This document shows positions 46,998 through 56,312 of a DNA stretch of 64,000 nucleotides, in pieces. The position numbers and the translations under genes are program-made. A model generated the notes under the pieces. The model made no database searches. It worked only from the letters and a program-made list of their open reading frames with translations, and had not been told where the DNA came from. Position 1 is the first letter of the stretch; each line of letters begins with the position of its first letter. Origin of the DNA: a virus; IMG/VR virus record IMGVR_UViG_2802428897_000001; one strand, 5' to 3'.

Positions 46998-49360
46998 GCC
47001 GAGTTCCAGGCCAGGCGCCGCGCACCGAACAGGAGTGGACACGCGAGGTGGCGCAGCGGCTCTCAGCACTCGAAAATCCGCGAACAATCCGGGTGGGGAA
47101 GTGGGTTCTGTCCGCGGTCGCCGGCCGACTCATGGCGACCAGCCCCGGTGAAGTGCTTGAAGTCGGGCAGGAACCGACGCCCGTTGCGGTTGATTTGAGC
47201 CAGCGCGGCAGCCAGGTTTCTGAGCAGGAGATCGCCGAGGCCGTCACGGGCGGCAACGGTAAGACGTTCACCTCGATCACCGACTGGTTGACGGCGAAGT
47301 GGTCGGAGCTCTCGAGTACGACGACGAATGCGAATACCGGCCTCGGGAACTGGACGTCATGGCTCACCGGGGGTTCGTGGGCCAACGTCGGTGCCGCGGT
47401 GTCCGATTTCTTGAGCACCAAGAGCACCGCGGCGACAGCGGGGACCAATGCGGCTACGGGGCTGGGCAATTGGACATCGTGGCTCAGTGGTGGATCGTGG
47501 GCGAGCATTGCGGCGTCCGTTGCTGATTTCCTGGGGACGAAATCGACGGCCAACACTGCGGGCACCAACGCCGCAACCGCGATGGCCGACGCCAGCGCCG
47601 CCTCGTCGGCGGCCAGTGCCGCGCAGACCAGCGTTCAGGGCACGATCGATGCCGGTATCAACGCGATCCGCAACACCCCGGGCGTGGCCGGTCAGGCGGT
47701 CGAGGGTTGGGCCGAGGCGCTGGCCTCGATCCCGACCCAGTTGTACAACCAGTTCGGCGGCAACAATGTGCCCCGGGCCTCCCAGGAGCAGGCCAACGCG
47801 GCGATGGCCGCGCTGGTCAACACGGTCAATTCCCAAGGCGCGGCGATCAATGCGCTGCAAAACATCCTCTCCGATGTCGGCGGATTCAACGCCTCGATCA
47901 CGTTCCGGCCCGCGGAAACCACCGTATTCACCGGTCCGGGCACCGCGCCGTGGACACCTCCGGCATGGGCGGCAGGCGGGTACGGCGAGTATGTGATCGC
48001 CCCGGCCGCCGGTGGTGGCGGTTGCGGTGAAGGCGGCACGGGCGCCAGCGGCGCGGGCGGTTACCCGGGAGGGTGGGCCACCGGCACCTTCCCCATCGAG
48101 CCGGGGGCGTATTCGATCTTCGCCGGCGGCGGCGGTCTGGGCGGGCAAGACGAGGGCCTGGGTTTCGGCGATAACGGCAGTGCTGGTGATACCTCGACGA
48201 TCACCAGCCCCACCGGCACACCGGTGGCCTCGGTGGCGGGCGGCACAGGCGGTGAGGGGGCGCGGCGCGGCGGCAGTGGGCAGAACGGGAAAACCATCAG
48301 CCCCCAAACCTTGTCGGCGTTCGGGGAGGCCTTCACCGCCGGATCCGGGGGCACCGGCAACGCGGGCACCGGTGGCGTGGCCGGTGGCGGTGCGGGCGGT
48401 AACGGTGGCCTGTTCGGCAACTACACCAAGGGCGGCACCGGCGGCCCGGCCAAGATCTGGATGCGCGCCCGCGCACCAATCCCGCCGCAGTTCACCGCCA
48501 TGGGCACCCTGATCCTGCCCACACTCAAACTCAACACCGGGGTCGCCCAAACCGATTCGATGACCGCGGCCGGGCAGTGGCGCACCATCGCGCCCGGCGG
48601 GGCAGCCGGCGGCTACATGCTGATCATCCGCGCCAATTCGGGGTTCACCGATTACGTCTATCTGCGGATCTGGGATGTCTCCGGTGTCACCCACTACGAG
48701 CTGGGCCGCGTGGCTTCCGGGGCCAAGTCCGCATGGAAAACCGGCACGGTCGGGGCCGCGATCCCGTTCAACGCCTTCACCCTGACCTCCGATACCGCCC
48801 GCACCTTCACCGTCGGGGTCAACGGCACCGCGTTCGACTCCTACAACGACTCCGGTGCCACCTCCCTGATGGGCGCGGCCTACCGCAGCGGCGGCTGGGC
48901 ATCCTCGGACCCGGCGCTGCCCGGCTCGATGTCCCAGTTCGCGTTCCTGGACACCGGAACCCCCGCCCGCATCGTCTCGGGCACCGTCGCGACCGCCCAA
49001 GGCACCAGCAGCACCGCAACCTACGTGGACCTGGCCACTCCCGGGCCTTCGGTCACTCTGAACGTGCCGACAAGCGGCGAGGTCACTATCGATGTGTCGG
49101 CGGCCTACTCCTCCGGCGGGGCTGCCGCACAAACCGGATACATGGGCTGTGCGCTCTCGGGCGCCAACTCCCGCGCCGCAACCGACGCCACCGCCGCCTA
49201 CGGGCGCACCGTCACCGCCGGACTGTTCGGCACCCTGGCCCGCCGCATCCACCTGACCGGCCTGACCCCGGGCACCACCACGTTCAAAGCCGTCTACAAA
49301 ACCAGCACCAGCACCGCAACGTTCTCGGACCGCCACATCATCGTCGAACCCAAACCCTAA
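46994..49360 (+). CDS. Minor tail protein, Gly-rich with C-terminal beta domains
   Basis: GGxGG tracts; 40-aa internal repeat. Confidence 0.8.
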   Translation: MSRVPGQAPRTEQEWTREVAQRLSALENPRTIRVGKWVLSAVAGRLMATSPGEVLEVGQEPTPVAVDLSQRGSQVSEQEIAEAVTGGNGKTFTSITDWLTAKWSELSSTTTNANTGLGNWTSWLTGGSWANVGAAVSDFLSTKSTAATAGTNAATGLGNWTSWLSGGSWASIAASVADFLGTKSTANTAGTNAATAMADASAASSAASAAQTSVQGTIDAGINAIRNTPGVAGQAVEGWAEALASIPTQLYNQFGGNNVPRASQEQANAAMAALVNTVNSQGAAINALQNILSDVGGFNASITFRPAETTVFTGPGTAPWTPPAWAAGGYGEYVIAPAAGGGGCGEGGTGASGAGGYPGGWATGTFPIEPGAYSIFAGGGGLGGQDEGLGFGDNGSAGDTSTITSPTGTPVASVAGGTGGEGARRGGSGQNGKTISPQTLSAFGEAFTAGSGGTGNAGTGGVAGGGAGGNGGLFGNYTKGGTGGPAKIWMRARAPIPPQFTAMGTLILPTLKLNTGVAQTDSMTAAGQWRTIAPGGAAGGYMLIIRANSGFTDYVYLRIWDVSGVTHYELGRVASGAKSAWKTGTVGAAIPFNAFTLTSDTARTFTVGVNGTAFDSYNDSGATSLMGAAYRSGGWASSDPALPGSMSQFAFLDTGTPARIVSGTVATAQGTSSTATYVDLATPGPSVTLNVPTSGEVTIDVSAAYSSGGAAAQTGYMGCALSGANSRAATDATAAYGRTVTAGLFGTLARRIHLTGLTPGTTTFKAVYKTSTSTATFSDRHIIVEPKP

Positions 49361-49389
49361 GACCGCACCGCGAAAGGCACAGAGAAATC

Positions 49390-49701
49390 ATGGGATTCAC
49401 CAACGCGACACCGCTGAAACAGACCACCTACCAGGCCATGTACTTCGACGGCACACCGCAGAGCGCCGCGCAGACCTTGATGATGATCGACTCGCTACTG
49501 ACCGCCCGCAAGCTGCACTACGGCATCATCCACGGCTCCCAAGAAGTCGAAAACCCCACCGCCTGGCGTATCCAACTCGCGCGCCGCGACGGATCAGCCG
49601 AACTCATCGCCATCGCCGACCGCTGGATCGTCGTTTCCTCGACCGGCCAAGTCCGAGTACTCACCCCCGCCGACTACCGCGCCGAATTCGCCGTTGAGTG
49701 A
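49390..49701 (+). CDS. Hypothetical tail-region protein
   Basis: GAAAGG upstream; YQAMYFDGT. Confidence 0.6.
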   Translation: MGFTNATPLKQTTYQAMYFDGTPQSAAQTLMMIDSLLTARKLHYGIIHGSQEVENPTAWRIQLARRDGSAELIAIADRWIVVSSTGQVRVLTPADYRAEFAVE

Positions 49702-49961
49702 CCGGCGCCGGCACCGCTGCTCGCTACCCTGCCCCCATGGACGGATACCTGCGCGGTTCGGTGAAGACCCACCCGGACTATCCCGAGAACCCGACCATCG
49801 CGCTGCGCAGCGTGTTTGACGACGCCGACGCCACCGGCTGCAACTCGTGGCTGGTCGTCTCGGCGAGTTCTGGGGCGCTCTATCGCACGGAGTCATTCGT
49901 CGCCGACTGGCCCGACGCAGACGGGCTGACGTTGACGACCACGCTCACCCCGGCTCCGTAG
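49698..49961 (+). CDS. Hypothetical tail-region protein
   Basis: GTGA coupling. Confidence 0.6.
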   Translation: MTGAGTAARYPAPMDGYLRGSVKTHPDYPENPTIALRSVFDDADATGCNSWLVVSASSGALYRTESFVADWPDADGLTLTTTLTPAP

Positions 49962-49971
49962 CCTCACGGTC

Positions 49972-50613
49972 GTGCCGATCACGGAGTACACCGAGCCGAA
50001 CGTCTGCATCGGGGAGAACCTCACCACCGATGCGGCCGGTCAGCTGCGGCTCCAACCGTGGGCGCTGGTACGCCCTGTGGTCGACATCCGGGCACTCTCC
50101 GGTGGTGACGGTTCGATCATCGCGCCGCTGATCGCGCTGCCAGGCAAGCTGCTGATCGACCAGAAAGCGTCCTGGCGCAACGATTCCCCGCTGCCGCAGA
50201 TGGTGCTGATCCGCGTCACGCGCGGGCCGCGGTCATGGCTCACCTCGAATCCGAACGCTATCCAATTCCGCGACCGGTGGACTACTGCGATCGACACGGA
50301 TGCCGCCATGCCGGTGACCACCGGTATCTACAACTCCCAGTGCGGATCGGCCTGGGACTTGGGAACGAACAGCGTCGCCGAGCCCAACCCTGGACGGCAG
50401 TGGCGCTGGGCCGACGCCAACAGCATGGACGAATGGGTGGGACCGATCGATCCAGGGGCAACGCTCAACCTCTGGTACCGCTGCTATGTGTGGACCCCGC
50501 CGCCGTGGTCGAACAACGCGAACAAGAATCAGCCGCAGCACGAGGCCCGCGCGAACTGGACGCGAATTGAAATGCGGGCCTTCCCGCAGCAGGGAAATGT
50601 GGTGACCGGATGA
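49972..50613 (+). CDS. Minor tail protein
   Basis: WRNDSP..VLIRVTR domain shared with next two genes. Confidence 0.65.
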   Translation: MPITEYTEPNVCIGENLTTDAAGQLRLQPWALVRPVVDIRALSGGDGSIIAPLIALPGKLLIDQKASWRNDSPLPQMVLIRVTRGPRSWLTSNPNAIQFRDRWTTAIDTDAAMPVTTGIYNSQCGSAWDLGTNSVAEPNPGRQWRWADANSMDEWVGPIDPGATLNLWYRCYVWTPPPWSNNANKNQPQHEARANWTRIEMRAFPQQGNVVTG

Positions 50614-51209
50614 GCATCAAGGTGTGCACCTCGGAGTACATGCTCTCCACCGTCAACGGGCTCGACATGAGGCGAAACTGGTTCCCCAGCATCGTCGCTG
50701 AGCGATTCCTGCAGTCCAAGAAGGACGGGCAGATCAGCCGATCACCCGACCCGGTGACGATGATCGATGGTGATCTCACCTACTTCAACAACACCCCAGA
50801 CCCGGTGTACATCACCGTGCAAGTCATCCGGGCTCCCCGCAGCATCGTTGCCCAAAACCCGGGCACCGTAGTGATTCACGACGCCTGGTCCTGGGCTGTC
50901 GGCAAGTCGCCCACAGCTGACTTTCCCTCGGTAATCCAGGACTCATTCGGCGGCAGGGGACAGGTGGACCGACCCGAAAACGCCGCGGACAAGCTGCTGT
51001 TCGGACGGTTCTTCGCTGACGGAGACAGCTCCCAAGCCTGGGTCAACGTCGGCCAACTCGACGCGCAGGATTCCCTGCACTTCCGATACCTGGCCGCTGT
51101 CCAAACCCCAGGCGTATGGACCACCCCTTCAGAGTTCGAGCCGCGCTGGGAAGCACAAGCCCGCTGGACTCGACTGCTGGCGTTCGCGATGCCGATTGGT
51201 TCGGCATGA
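50610..51209 (+). CDS. Minor tail protein
   Basis: YFNNTP..ITVQVIR; paralog of neighbours. Confidence 0.65.
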   Translation: MSIKVCTSEYMLSTVNGLDMRRNWFPSIVAERFLQSKKDGQISRSPDPVTMIDGDLTYFNNTPDPVYITVQVIRAPRSIVAQNPGTVVIHDAWSWAVGKSPTADFPSVIQDSFGGRGQVDRPENAADKLLFGRFFADGDSSQAWVNVGQLDAQDSLHFRYLAAVQTPGVWTTPSEFEPRWEAQARWTRLLAFAMPIGSA

Positions 51210-52486
51210 GCGAGCACTTCGGGATCGTCGGCGACGCCATCGCTCCGCAGCCCTGGATGCAGATGCGCCACCTCAAAGGCGCCGAAGTGCCTTCGGTGTC
51301 AAAGTCTTACGACACATCAGGTGGCGGCAACAAGAACGACGCAGTCCACGCTGTCGTGGTGTCCTGGACGAACAACACACCGATTCCGCAATCGGTCTAC
51401 GGCATGGTGACCCGGGAGGGCGCCCAGGTGACGCTGCAGGCACGGTCCCGCGGCTACCTGCTCACCCTCCACGGCCGCGATATCACCGCAACCGCGGCGG
51501 TGCCGACATCGTGGGACATGGCCGAGGTCAGCAAGTTCGGTATCGGCGGCGACATCGGTAAGGGCGGAATCCTGGCTCTCGGCACCGGATTCGGGGTCAG
51601 CGAGATCCGGCAGAACTCCGCCAGCATCCCGTTGATGCCGCACTGGACCGGCTGGAGCATCGTGGCACCCGGGCAGACGTTCCACGGCCGGGTGGAGGTG
51701 CGGTTCCGGACGGACTTCTGGGAGAACACCTCGATCGATGGCGGTGACCAAAACACCGAGTCGGGCTTCATCTCCGGCGGCACCCGACTGGATCTCTACG
51801 CCACCCCGGTCATCGGTGAGCCACCTGTCTTGTCGACCCCCACGGTTGTCGGGATAGAGCACTCGGTGAACAACACCTTCCACACCGACGTCGATGTGCC
51901 CGCGGGCACTGCCTTAGGCGACATGCTTATTGCGGTGGTATCCAACCAGTTCGGGCTCATCAGCGACATCAAGCCCGAGCAGACCGGCTGGACACAGGTC
52001 CACGCCCGCGACGGCGGCTGGGAAGACGCTCACATGAAGGTGTACGTGCGGGCCGCCAAAGCCACCGAACCGGCCTCCTACACGTTCGGCAACGGCCTAC
52101 TGGCTGAGTCCATCGCACACCTGATCACCGTGCGCGGCGCCAACCAGCTGCTCGATGAGGGCTGGCAGTTCGCATCATCGCTACGCAAGAGATGGTGGGA
52201 ACGCTACGACGGCCATATCTGCCCATCGATCGACCGCGCCGGACAACTGCTGCTGTTGGTGTCCTACATCCCGCACAACGCGCTCCAAACCACACTCACG
52301 CAGACCGTGCCGGCCGGGACGACGGAACTGGAGAACGTAGACGGAAACCTGGCATGCAGCGCGGTGGCCGCACTGCCGAACCCGCCGCGGCCGACAGGGG
52401 AACGCACGTTCGTCGCGTCGGAGGAACCGTCCTGGGCCGGCCGCTCCATCACGGCATCGATCCTGGTGCCCGGCACGTTCCAGTAG
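51206..52486 (+). CDS. Minor tail protein
   Basis: WTNNTP..VYGMVTR N-domain; C-terminal beta sandwich. Confidence 0.7.
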   Translation: MSEHFGIVGDAIAPQPWMQMRHLKGAEVPSVSKSYDTSGGGNKNDAVHAVVVSWTNNTPIPQSVYGMVTREGAQVTLQARSRGYLLTLHGRDITATAAVPTSWDMAEVSKFGIGGDIGKGGILALGTGFGVSEIRQNSASIPLMPHWTGWSIVAPGQTFHGRVEVRFRTDFWENTSIDGGDQNTESGFISGGTRLDLYATPVIGEPPVLSTPTVVGIEHSVNNTFHTDVDVPAGTALGDMLIAVVSNQFGLISDIKPEQTGWTQVHARDGGWEDAHMKVYVRAAKATEPASYTFGNGLLAESIAHLITVRGANQLLDEGWQFASSLRKRWWERYDGHICPSIDRAGQLLLLVSYIPHNALQTTLTQTVPAGTTELENVDGNLACSAVAALPNPPRPTGERTFVASEEPSWAGRSITASILVPGTFQ

Positions 52487-52505
52487 TTGCGCCTCGGAGG
52501 TTCAC

Positions 52506-52862
52506 ATGTACGACCCGCCAGACAGTTTCGACGACATGCTCGGTGACGCGGACCTGGCCCCGCAGACGGGCCCGTTCGTCCCGCTCGAAGTCCCCGGTGT
52601 CGGGGTTGTCAGGGCGCGCCGGCCGATGCCCAACGCCGTGCCGGTGCTGGCCATGTCGGTGAACGCCAAGATCGATGTTGTCGAGAAACAGGGCTACCTG
52701 ACACTGTTCCTGCAGAACCACCTGGAATCCGGCGAGCACGAACGCATCTTGGTCACCATGATGGGCGGCGAACTGCCGGCCGACAGCATGGGCAGGGTTG
52801 CCCGCGCGATAGCGACATGGGGCACGGCCCGCCCTACCTTGCCGTCATCACGCTCAGTGTGA
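52506..52862 (+). CDS. Tail assembly chaperone G-like (copy 2)
   Basis: GGAGG RBS; ends GTARPT at candidate -1 slip site. Confidence 0.65.
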   Translation: MYDPPDSFDDMLGDADLAPQTGPFVPLEVPGVGVVRARRPMPNAVPVLAMSVNAKIDVVEKQGYLTLFLQNHLESGEHERILVTMMGGELPADSMGRVARAIATWGTARPTLPSSRSV

Positions 52863-53188
52863 TGGCGGCTACTCACTGGCGGGCGATTCGGACCCGAATG
52901 CGGGGCGACGGTATCGCCGATCCGATGCGGCAGCTGCCGCACATGCACGCACTGATCGACGAAGCCGAGAAGGTGTGGCTGGAAGCCCTGCACACCGGCA
53001 ACGAGGAAAAGGACAAGCACGAGCGCGAGCAGCTGTTGGACCGGCTGTACGCGCCGACCACAGACGGCGCCGAGACGTTGAACGGCGACGGATACCAAGC
53101 CAAACGCACGCTGCCGCCCGGGTTTGAAGATCCGGCCGAGGTCGAGGCCAACTTCGATGCGGTCGCGCGGGCTTTCGGCGGCCGGTAG
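52832..53188 (+). CDS. Tail assembly chaperone T-like segment, probably reached by -1 frameshift
   Basis: Open -1 frame beginning CCC TAC at 52832; no good RBS. Confidence 0.55.
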   Translation, partial: PYLAVITLSVMAATHWRAIRTRMRGDGIADPMRQLPHMHALIDEAEKVWLEALHTGNEEKDKHEREQLLDRLYAPTTDGAETLNGDGYQAKRTLPPGFEDPAEVEANFDAVARAFGGR

Positions 53189-53217
53189 TTGCACGCCGCC
53201 GCCCTAGCCTGCCCGGC

Positions 53218-53640
53218 ATGGCGAAGTTGGCGCAGGTGGTCCCGTATCTCGACATGTCGGCCCCGCGCGGCCAGCGCCTCGCACCAGAGATGCGCGAAGA
53301 GATCGCCGAAGTCGCGCCCTCGACCCTGAACGACGGCGCGGTCAAGACAGCGAAGCTGGCCGAAGAAGCAGTCACCGAACCGAAACTGGCTGCCGGAGCG
53401 GTCACATCGCCCAAGATCGCGTCGAAGGGCGTCAAGGCCGTCAACATCGACGACGCTGCCGTTGGCACAGCCCAGCTGGCCGCTGGTGCTGTCACCGCAG
53501 CCAAGGCCGGCGTCGGTGTTGTCACTGCCCACGACAGCGCAGGCAACGCCATCAAGCTCGACGCAGTGCCCATGACCTCGACCGACTACACAGCGCTGAC
53601 GACCAAAGAACCCAACGTCCTCTACCTGCTGAGCGACTGA
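53218..53640 (+). CDS. Minor tail/fibre protein with 10-aa repeats
   Basis: AVKTAKLAEE AVTEPKLAAG AVTSPKIASK; Y.AL..K.PN.LY tail. Confidence 0.7.
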   Translation: MAKLAQVVPYLDMSAPRGQRLAPEMREEIAEVAPSTLNDGAVKTAKLAEEAVTEPKLAAGAVTSPKIASKGVKAVNIDDAAVGTAQLAAGAVTAAKAGVGVVTAHDSAGNAIKLDAVPMTSTDYTALTTKEPNVLYLLSD

Positions 53641-54338
53641 TGCCCGGTATCTACCTCGGCGGCACCGCTATCAAGGCAATGATGCTCGGCGAGAAGGCCA
53701 TTACCCGGGCGTATCTCGGCGAAACCCTGGTGTGGTCAGCGAACCGGATCCGCGACGACTTCAACCGTGCTGACGGCGATCTCGGTGTCAACTGGGTGAT
53801 CAGCTCCAGCGTCGACGGTTATAAGCCCAGTGTGGTCGGCAATGTGTGCCGCCTCGGAGTGCCGGACGGGCTGCTCTCGCTGCAGCTGAACGGCGCTCAC
53901 GCCCGCTACGTCGCCACGCTGGACCGCGACGACGGCTATGTGGAGTTCCGCATCGGCAGCCAGGGGTCAGGGCCGAGCCTAACCGGTGACCTGTGTAGAA
54001 CCACGATCCTGGGGCGCGGGTCCAACAATGCTGTCACCGGTGGCGTTGGCGTGCAAATGGATTCATCGACGCTGCGGATCGTGCGGAGGGCCGGGGTGGA
54101 CACTGTGGTCAAGACGATCGGCACCTTCGGCGCTGGCGATGTCATCCGGCACAACTTCGTCGGGAACGTACACACGTTCCGCCGCAACGGCAGCCTGCTC
54201 GAAGAGTGGAACGACGAGAACGCCACCGCCCCCAAGGGAACAGGAAACCGGTCGCTGATCATCTCCGTGCAGGGCTCCAAGGATCTCTTGGGGCCACGCA
54301 GGTTTGGCCCGGCCATTGACTACGTGGAGATGGGCTGA
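53640..54338 (+). CDS. Minor tail protein (lectin-like)
   Basis: AYLGETLVWS, DDFNRADG.LG.NW. Confidence 0.7.
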   Translation: MPGIYLGGTAIKAMMLGEKAITRAYLGETLVWSANRIRDDFNRADGDLGVNWVISSSVDGYKPSVVGNVCRLGVPDGLLSLQLNGAHARYVATLDRDDGYVEFRIGSQGSGPSLTGDLCRTTILGRGSNNAVTGGVGVQMDSSTLRIVRRAGVDTVVKTIGTFGAGDVIRHNFVGNVHTFRRNGSLLEEWNDENATAPKGTGNRSLIISVQGSKDLLGPRRFGPAIDYVEMG

Positions 54339-54496
54339 TGTCGGCCCGGTCCTTCGCGCAGCTCGTCAAGTATCCGCTGTTCTACATCGCGCTGGCCGGG
54401 TTCTCGTTCCGGATTGGCTGGTGTGCAGCCCATTACGTCAGTGACCGCATGGACAACTTTGATCCAGATATCGGTAGGGGGAAGTACGGATGGTGA
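54338..54496 (+). CDS. Small membrane protein
   Basis: 52-aa ORF with one TM, TGATG coupling. Confidence 0.5.
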   Translation: MSARSFAQLVKYPLFYIALAGFSFRIGWCAAHYVSDRMDNFDPDIGRGKYGW

Positions 54497-54777
54497 TCAA
54501 GGCCCGGATAGCTCAGTGGCGCGAGGGGTTGTTCGACAGCATCGGCAAGCACTGCGCGGCGGTGGTCCGTGAGCTGTTGGCGAAGTTCCTCAACGATTTC
54601 CGGCAGGATGTGCGTGCCGAGGTCGCCGCGGTCGCGCGTAAGGCCGACGAATCGGTGGACAAGCTCACCGACGCCATCCCCGGCACACTCGATGACCGCC
54701 TGTTCGACGGCCGGTTCGGTCAACTGCTGCAACGTCTTGAACAGCTGGTCCCGCTCTTCGGTGGTGGCAGCCGATGA
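54490..54777 (+). CDS. Hypothetical protein preceding lysin
   Basis: DKLTDAIPGTLDD motif. Confidence 0.65.
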   Translation: MVIKARIAQWREGLFDSIGKHCAAVVRELLAKFLNDFRQDVRAEVAAVARKADESVDKLTDAIPGTLDDRLFDGRFGQLLQRLEQLVPLFGGGSR

Positions 54778-56312
54778 GCTTCGTATGGTTCCGGCCCGAC
54801 GGCCCGCTGCGCAGCCGCGAGCAGATCGCCTGCGAGGTACACGCCGTGTCACTGGCACGTGGTCTTGACGAGCTCGCCACCGTTTTGGCGCTCATGTGCA
54901 TCGACGTCGAGGTCGGCGCCGACGACGACAACGGGGAGCGGCAGTGGTGGTGCCCGTGGAACGCGGCAGACCCGCAAACCGAGCAGTTCGACCACGACTC
55001 GCAATCCAACGATGCTCTCTCGTCGGGCTATTTCCAGCAGCAGGTCTCACGTCCTGGTGCGCCAGGGCGTCCCTGGGGCTGGGGCGGCCTGTTCGGCGAC
55101 CTCAATGGTGCCAGGAAACGCATGACTCTGGCCGACTCCGCGGACATGTTCCTGGCCGCGCTGCCCGACGACTACGGGCGCGCTGCTGGAAACCCAGCCG
55201 TGGCAGGGCAGGTCGTGCAGCAGGTCCAGAAGTCGGCGTTCCCGGATCGGTATGCGCAGCGTTGGGGCGAAGCATGGTCGGTGCTGCGTCGCGCGCTGGC
55301 CGGCGGGCCCGTGGATCCGTCCGTGCCGACCACCCCGGATGTGCTGACACCGGCGCCCGGCTTCCGCGGAGACCCATACTGGCTGGCCGATGTGCTGCGC
55401 GCCGAGGGGCTGCGCGTTTTCGAGATGGACGGCTGGAAAGACCGCGGAGAAGGCGACCAAGGCGTGCTGTGGGGCGCGGTGTTCCATCACACCGGCAACG
55501 CCAATGAGACGCCGGAAGGGATCGCATTCCATCCGACGCTGGGGCTGGCCGCGCACCTGCTGATCCGGCCCAACGGCGATGTATGGGTCTGCGGTATCGG
55601 CAAGGCCAATCATGCCGGTGTCGGGTCGTGGCCCGGGATTCCCACCGACAACGCGAACCCGGTGACGATCGGGGTAGAGGTCGCGATCCTGCCGCAGGAG
55701 AACGCCCCACACCGGACCGGCTGGCCGCCAGTGCAATACGAGGCCACGGTCAAGGCATTCGCAGCGATCCTACGCAAGCTCGCCCAGACGGCGAAACGCG
55801 CTATCTCCCACAAGGAATGGGCACAACTCGGCCCCGCCGGGGTGCGGCAGGGCAAGTGGGACCCCGGCGCCATCGACATGAACATCTTCCGCACCGACGT
55901 CCAGAGACAAATCGACACCCGCACCACAGGAGGTTTCCTTATGGCCCTGACCGACTCCGAACAGCGCGAGATCCTGGATTACGTTCGCGCGCAGAACGCG
56001 CCGATCCCGTCAGCTTCGCCGCTACGGCACCTCAACGAAGGCAACGTGAACACCCGCGCCAACCTGGCGCGCGCCATCGACGCCAACCAGCACGTGACGG
56101 CAGTAGTCACCCTGGCCAAGGAAGGTCACACACCGTCCATCGCGCTGCTCTGGGAGGTATCGACCGCGGCCGACAACCCGGGCAGGTACCCAGACCGGCA
56201 GGAAGACGCCAAGCTCGCCAAGACGCTGCTGGCCAGCATCAGCAAGACCAAGAAGGCCGTCGCTGCCGAGGACATCGAAGCGTGGCTCGACGCCGAGAAG
56301 GCTGCCGCATGA
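54774..56312 (+). CDS. lysA: Lysin A (amidase-2 endolysin)
   Basis: FHHT, ANHAG.G, IGVE, SHKEW, KWDPG. Confidence 0.9.
   Translation: MSFVWFRPDGPLRSREQIACEVHAVSLARGLDELATVLALMCIDVEVGADDDNGERQWWCPWNAADPQTEQFDHDSQSNDALSSGYFQQQVSRPGAPGRPWGWGGLFGDLNGARKRMTLADSADMFLAALPDDYGRAAGNPAVAGQVVQQVQKSAFPDRYAQRWGEAWSVLRRALAGGPVDPSVPTTPDVLTPAPGFRGDPYWLADVLRAEGLRVFEMDGWKDRGEGDQGVLWGAVFHHTGNANETPEGIAFHPTLGLAAHLLIRPNGDVWVCGIGKANHAGVGSWPGIPTDNANPVTIGVEVAILPQENAPHRTGWPPVQYEATVKAFAAILRKLAQTAKRAISHKEWAQLGPAGVRQGKWDPGAIDMNIFRTDVQRQIDTRTTGGFLMALTDSEQREILDYVRAQNAPIPSASPLRHLNEGNVNTRANLARAIDANQHVTAVVTLAKEGHTPSIALLWEVSTAADNPGRYPDRQEDAKLAKTLLASISKTKKAVAAEDIEAWLDAEKAAA

Noticed and set aside
5031..49336. Long minus-strand ORFs (5031-6407, 21932-23809, 35052-36932, 47357-49336 and others)
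   Set aside because: Shadow frames of well-supported plus-strand genes in high-GC DNA; no recognisable motifs
46994..54338. Diversity-generating retroelement or invertible tail-fibre cassette
   Set aside because: No reverse transcriptase, no adenine-specific repeat pair, and no inverted crossover sites seen around tail genes; the serine recombinase is 30 kb away with its own res-like site
55583..56308. 630-aa extended lysB
   Set aside because: Extension overlaps lysA out of frame; the ATGA-coupled start at 56309 is more plausible
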